Shown here piece after piece: positions 61,489 to 64,000 of a stretch of 64,000 bases of DNA. The DNA comes from Candidatus Sericytochromatia bacterium. Its GTDB lineage: Bacteria; Cyanobacteriota; Sericytochromatia; S15B-MN24; VGJW01. Both the position numbers and the translations under genes were made by a program. The stretch is from NCBI GenBank assembly GCA_035286125.1, contig JAYKIS010000053.1, positions 11,210 through 75,209 of the forward strand, in the 5' to 3' direction. Each line of letters starts with the position of its first letter. Positions within the stretch are counted from its first letter, which is position 1. The notes beneath the pieces were generated by a model, which did not search any database, was not told where the DNA came from, and saw only the letters and a program-made list of their open reading frames with translations.

Positions 61489-63587
61489 CAGGAGCCGACG
61501 CCTGCCCGTTCGAAGACCTCGGCGAACTGGGGCCGGAGGCCCGATGCCTTGAAGGCGCCCTGGACCTTGCCACGGGCATCGACGCCCGTCTGCTCGTAGC
61601 TGTAGAGGTCCTGGAGCGTCAGCGTCTCGCCCTCAAGACCCGTGACCTCGGTGATGCGCGTGATCTTGCGTGAGCCATCGGCAAGCCGGGAGACCTGCAC
61701 CACGACCTGAAGGGCGCTGGCGATCTGCTCGCGGATGGCCCGGACAGGCAGGTCCATGCCTGCCATCAGCACCATGGTCTCGATACGGGCCATGGCATCC
61801 CTCGGAGAGTTGGCGTGGCCCGTGGCAAGCGATCCATCGTGGCCCGTGTTCATGGCCTGGAGCATGTCGAGGGCTTCGCCTCCGCGCACCTCACCGACGA
61901 CAATGCGATCCGGCCGCATGCGCAGCGAGTTCCGGACCAGATCCCGGATGGGAACGGCCCCGACTCCCTCGAGGTTTGCTGGCCGGGCCTCGAGCGGCAC
62001 AACATGGGACTGGACCAGTTGCAGTTCGGCGGCGTCCTCGATGGTGACGATGCGTTCCTCGTCCGGAATGAATGACGACAGCACGTTGAGCAGGGTGGTC
62101 TTGCCCGAGCCCGTCCCCCCGCTGATGAAGACATTCAGGCGCGCCCGGACGCATTGCCGCAGGAAACCGGCCATCTCGGGCGTCAGGGATCCGTACTGGA
62201 CCAGATGCTCCATGGTCAGGCGCCGCAAAGGAAATTTCCGGATGGTCAGGGTCGCGCCCCGCAAGGCCAGGGGGGGGATGATGACATTGACGCGGCTGCC
62301 GTCGGGCAATCGGGCGTCGCACATCGGACTGCTCTCGTCGACCCGTCGACCCAGAGGCGCGACGATGCGGTCGATGACGACGCGCAGCTGGGTCTCGTCC
62401 GTGAAGCGATCATGAACCTGCTGCAAGCGCCCCTCGCGCTCGACGAAAATCCGTCCCGGGCCATTGACCATGACCTCGCTGATGGCCGGGTCGGCCAGAA
62501 AACGCTCGAGTGGCCCATAGCCGACGGCCTCGTCCGTCACATCCCTCGCGAGGGCGCCACGCTCTTCGCGCCCCATGGCGGCGGCATCGGGCATGTCCTC
62601 GATCAGATCGGCCACCGTGCGCTGGACCTGACGGCGGATCTCCTGACGGTGCTGGGGGTCGGAGAGACGGTCGAGGCCGACGTCCATCCGCTTGAGTTCC
62701 TCGACGAGCATGCGGTGCAGACGTTGGCGCAGCTCCGCGTGGCCTTCACGCCAGGCCGTCTCGACGGGCACCAGGGCCGTGGAGGCCTCGGCGGCAGCTT
62801 CGCTTCCGCCACGCACGGCAGGACGCGCCGCCGTCTTGCGCGCCAGCGTGGCCCAATCCCGCGGGGACGGGGCCTGGACGGCCTGCGCCAAGGCCAGCAA
62901 GGCCTTGCCGAAGGGACTCGACGGGGGCGTGGCAGCCGCCAGCAGGGGGACGCCACGGTTGAGCGCCGTGACCACGGCCGGCTCGAAAGGCACCGCCTGG
63001 GCAAGGTCCAGACCCAGCTCCTGCGCCACGTCTCGGGGCGTGATGTCCTGGACGAGGCCAGCCCGATTGACGACGAGCATCAGGCGGTCGAGGACCGCGT
63101 GCTGGGTCCGAAGGTGCTCCAGCAAGTGCCGCGTGGCCGTCAGAGAGGGGATGTCCGGCGTCACGACAAGGACGACGGCGGAAGCGAGGTCAAGCCAGGC
63201 CAACTGGTGCTCGGCCAGCCCCACGCCCGACAGGTCCACGACAAGGTGGGGCGCTGCCACCTCGCGCACCCGCGAGGCCAGGGCCCCAGGCTCGAGAACC
63301 CCACCCCAACCGATGGGCGGCGCAGGCAGCAGATCCAGTCCCGAGGCGTGACGCACGACCGCCTCAGCCAGCGGGTTTCCGTGGCGCAGGCATTCGCCCC
63401 AGTGGGGATGAGCGCCCTGGATGTCGAAGGCATCCGCCTGAAAGCCCCCAGTCAGTTCATCAGCATCCCACAGCCAGACGGGTTGGCGATTTCGCCGCAG
63501 CAGGGCAAGCGCAAGGTTCGCCGCGAGGATGCTGCGACCGGTCCCGCCCCTGGCGGACAGCATCACCGTCAGCCGAGGAGCCGTCAT
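61488..63587 (-). CDS. cpaF: fused CpaE/TadZ-like ParA/MinD-type ATPase domain plus CpaF/TadA secretion ATPase
   Basis: Lies in ORF 61488..63722; the start is ATG 63587 (MTAPRLTVMLSARGGTGRS), about 699 aa. The N-half resembles MinD/CpaE (LVVDLS..., VVLVVTPDIPSLTATRHLL). The C-half is CpaF (ISEVMVNGP, GGTGSGKTTLLNVL, IVVGEVRGGEALDMLQAMNTGHDGSLATGHAN). Confidence 0.8.
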   Translation of the reverse strand: MTAPRLTVMLSARGGTGRSILAANLALALLRRNRQPVWLWDADELTGGFQADAFDIQGAHPHWGECLRHGNPLAEAVVRHASGLDLLPAPPIGWGGVLEPGALASRVREVAAPHLVVDLSGVGLAEHQLAWLDLASAVVLVVTPDIPSLTATRHLLEHLRTQHAVLDRLMLVVNRAGLVQDITPRDVAQELGLDLAQAVPFEPAVVTALNRGVPLLAAATPPSSPFGKALLALAQAVQAPSPRDWATLARKTAARPAVRGGSEAAAEASTALVPVETAWREGHAELRQRLHRMLVEELKRMDVGLDRLSDPQHRQEIRRQVQRTVADLIEDMPDAAAMGREERGALARDVTDEAVGYGPLERFLADPAISEVMVNGPGRIFVEREGRLQQVHDRFTDETQLRVVIDRIVAPLGRRVDESSPMCDARLPDGSRVNVIIPPLALRGATLTIRKFPLRRLTMEHLVQYGSLTPEMAGFLRQCVRARLNVFISGGTGSGKTTLLNVLSSFIPDEERIVTIEDAAELQLVQSHVVPLEARPANLEGVGAVPIRDLVRNSLRMRPDRIVVGEVRGGEALDMLQAMNTGHDGSLATGHANSPRDAMARIETMVLMAGMDLPVRAIREQIASALQVVVQVSRLADGSRKITRITEVTGLEGETLTLQDLYSYEQTGVDARGKVQGAFKASGLRPQFAEVFERAGVGS

Positions 63588-64000
63588 TTGCCCTTGCCGT
63601 AGCCCTTCTCGGACATGGCCTCGCCATCCTTGAAAAGCGTCGGCGTGACGAGGAAGACCAGTTCTCCCTCCTCCTCCTCCTGCTGGGTCGAGGTGAACAA
63701 GGCACCGACACCAGGCAACCACCCGAGGAGCGGAACTCGGCTGGTCACGGAGCGCACGGTCCGGCGCTTGAGACCCGCCAGCACGATTTCCTGGCCCGGC
63801 CGGACGGCAACCTGCGTCTCGGCCATACGCGTGGCGATGGCCGGGATGTTGAAGTTGCCGGTCTGCACGCCGTTCAGGCGATCGATACTCGAGACCTCGG
63901 GCTTGATGCGCAGCAGGATTTCCTCGCCCTCGACAACGGGCGTGACCTTAAGCCCCACACCGAAGGGCTTCCAGTCGACGGCGACGGTATTGGGGGTCTG
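63584..64000 (-). CDS. cpaC: Tad/Flp pilus secretin CpaC/RcpA, C-terminal part (5' end beyond the window)
   Basis: The ORF 63584..63958 translation is ...IPAIATRMAETQVAVRPGQEIVLAGLKRRTVRSVTSRVPLLGWLPGVGALFTS... (secretin C-terminal signature). The frame stays open to the window end, and its stop overlaps the downstream ATG (ATGA). Confidence 0.7.
   Translation of the reverse strand, partial: QTPNTVAVDWKPFGVGLKVTPVVEGEEILLRIKPEVSSIDRLNGVQTGNFNIPAIATRMAETQVAVRPGQEIVLAGLKRRTVRSVTSRVPLLGWLPGVGALFTSTQQEEEEGELVFLVTPTLFKDGEAMSEKGYGKGK

Noticed and set aside
1-64000. Search for tRNA, rRNA, CRISPR arrays, IS elements/transposases, integrases, toxin-antitoxin pairs or recognisable anti-phage defence genes
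   Set aside because: No intergenic space is large enough for rRNA. I saw no T-loop/acceptor-like tRNA pattern in the few gaps over 100 nt. There are no regularly spaced direct repeats apart from the in-gene 24-bp repeat. No translation had DDE/recombinase or typical defence-nuclease motifs. This was an eyeball scan only; tRNAscan, CRISPR and defence-finder tools would be definitive.

Overview
This is a visibly GC-rich bacterial chromosomal window (GC was judged by eye, not computed). It is densely coding on both strands. I found no rRNA, tRNA, CRISPR array, transposase or prophage signature.

Three cell-surface filament systems dominate the window, interleaved with housekeeping genes.

1. **Flagellar operon block, minus strand (7267-19259).** Transcription order is fliK-like, a small FlhB-C-like ORF, flgF, flgG, flgA, flgH, flgI, a rod-binding FlgJ-like gene, fliA, flgB, a hairpin, then flgC, fliE, fliF, flhA. 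The hook genes flgD/flgE and fliG/H/I/J are absent from this block.
2. **Type IVa pilus cluster, plus strand (19481-27728).** The order is pilA, an ABC ATPase, an ABC-2 permease, a helical-repeat protein, pilD, then pilMNOPQ. A separate tight unit (37789-40783) holds a pilT-family ATPase, a lipoprotein, two short Flp-type pilin genes missing from the ORF track, and a small tail-hydrophobic protein.
3. **Tad/Cpa machinery, minus strand (56418 to the window end).** It contains cpaC (partial), a single-ORF CpaE-like/CpaF fusion, tadB, tadC, DUF192, an SLH-domain outer-membrane protein, a membrane-anchored hypothetical and a PlsC-like acyltransferase.

Housekeeping and other genes include:
- aroC, aroQ and clpB
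- a PucR-family regulator
- a TlpA-like thioredoxin and a Cys-cluster outer-membrane protein
- a DinG-like helicase and an HtrA-like protease
- two Crp/Fnr paralogs
- an OmpH-like protein, a NUDIX CoA pyrophosphatase, serS and def
- an aldo/keto reductase and a nitronate monooxygenase/FabK-like enzyme
- a degenerate adenylate-forming enzyme and a GAF/HD-GYP protein
- a GH38 mannosidase, an M28 peptidase and a PlsC-like acyltransferase

The most interesting observations are:
- FliF carries a C-terminal module resembling the FliG middle domain, and flhA follows it directly.
- A pilT-family ATPase sits in an apparent operon with Flp pilins.
- CpaE-like and CpaF domains are fused in one ORF.
- Two tandem paralogous secreted proteins have no recognisable family.
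- One protein carries papain-like Q/C/H/N spacing.
- An SLH-tethered outer-membrane protein coexists with flagellar L/P-ring genes.

All functional calls rest on motifs I recognise in the translations. No database search was run.
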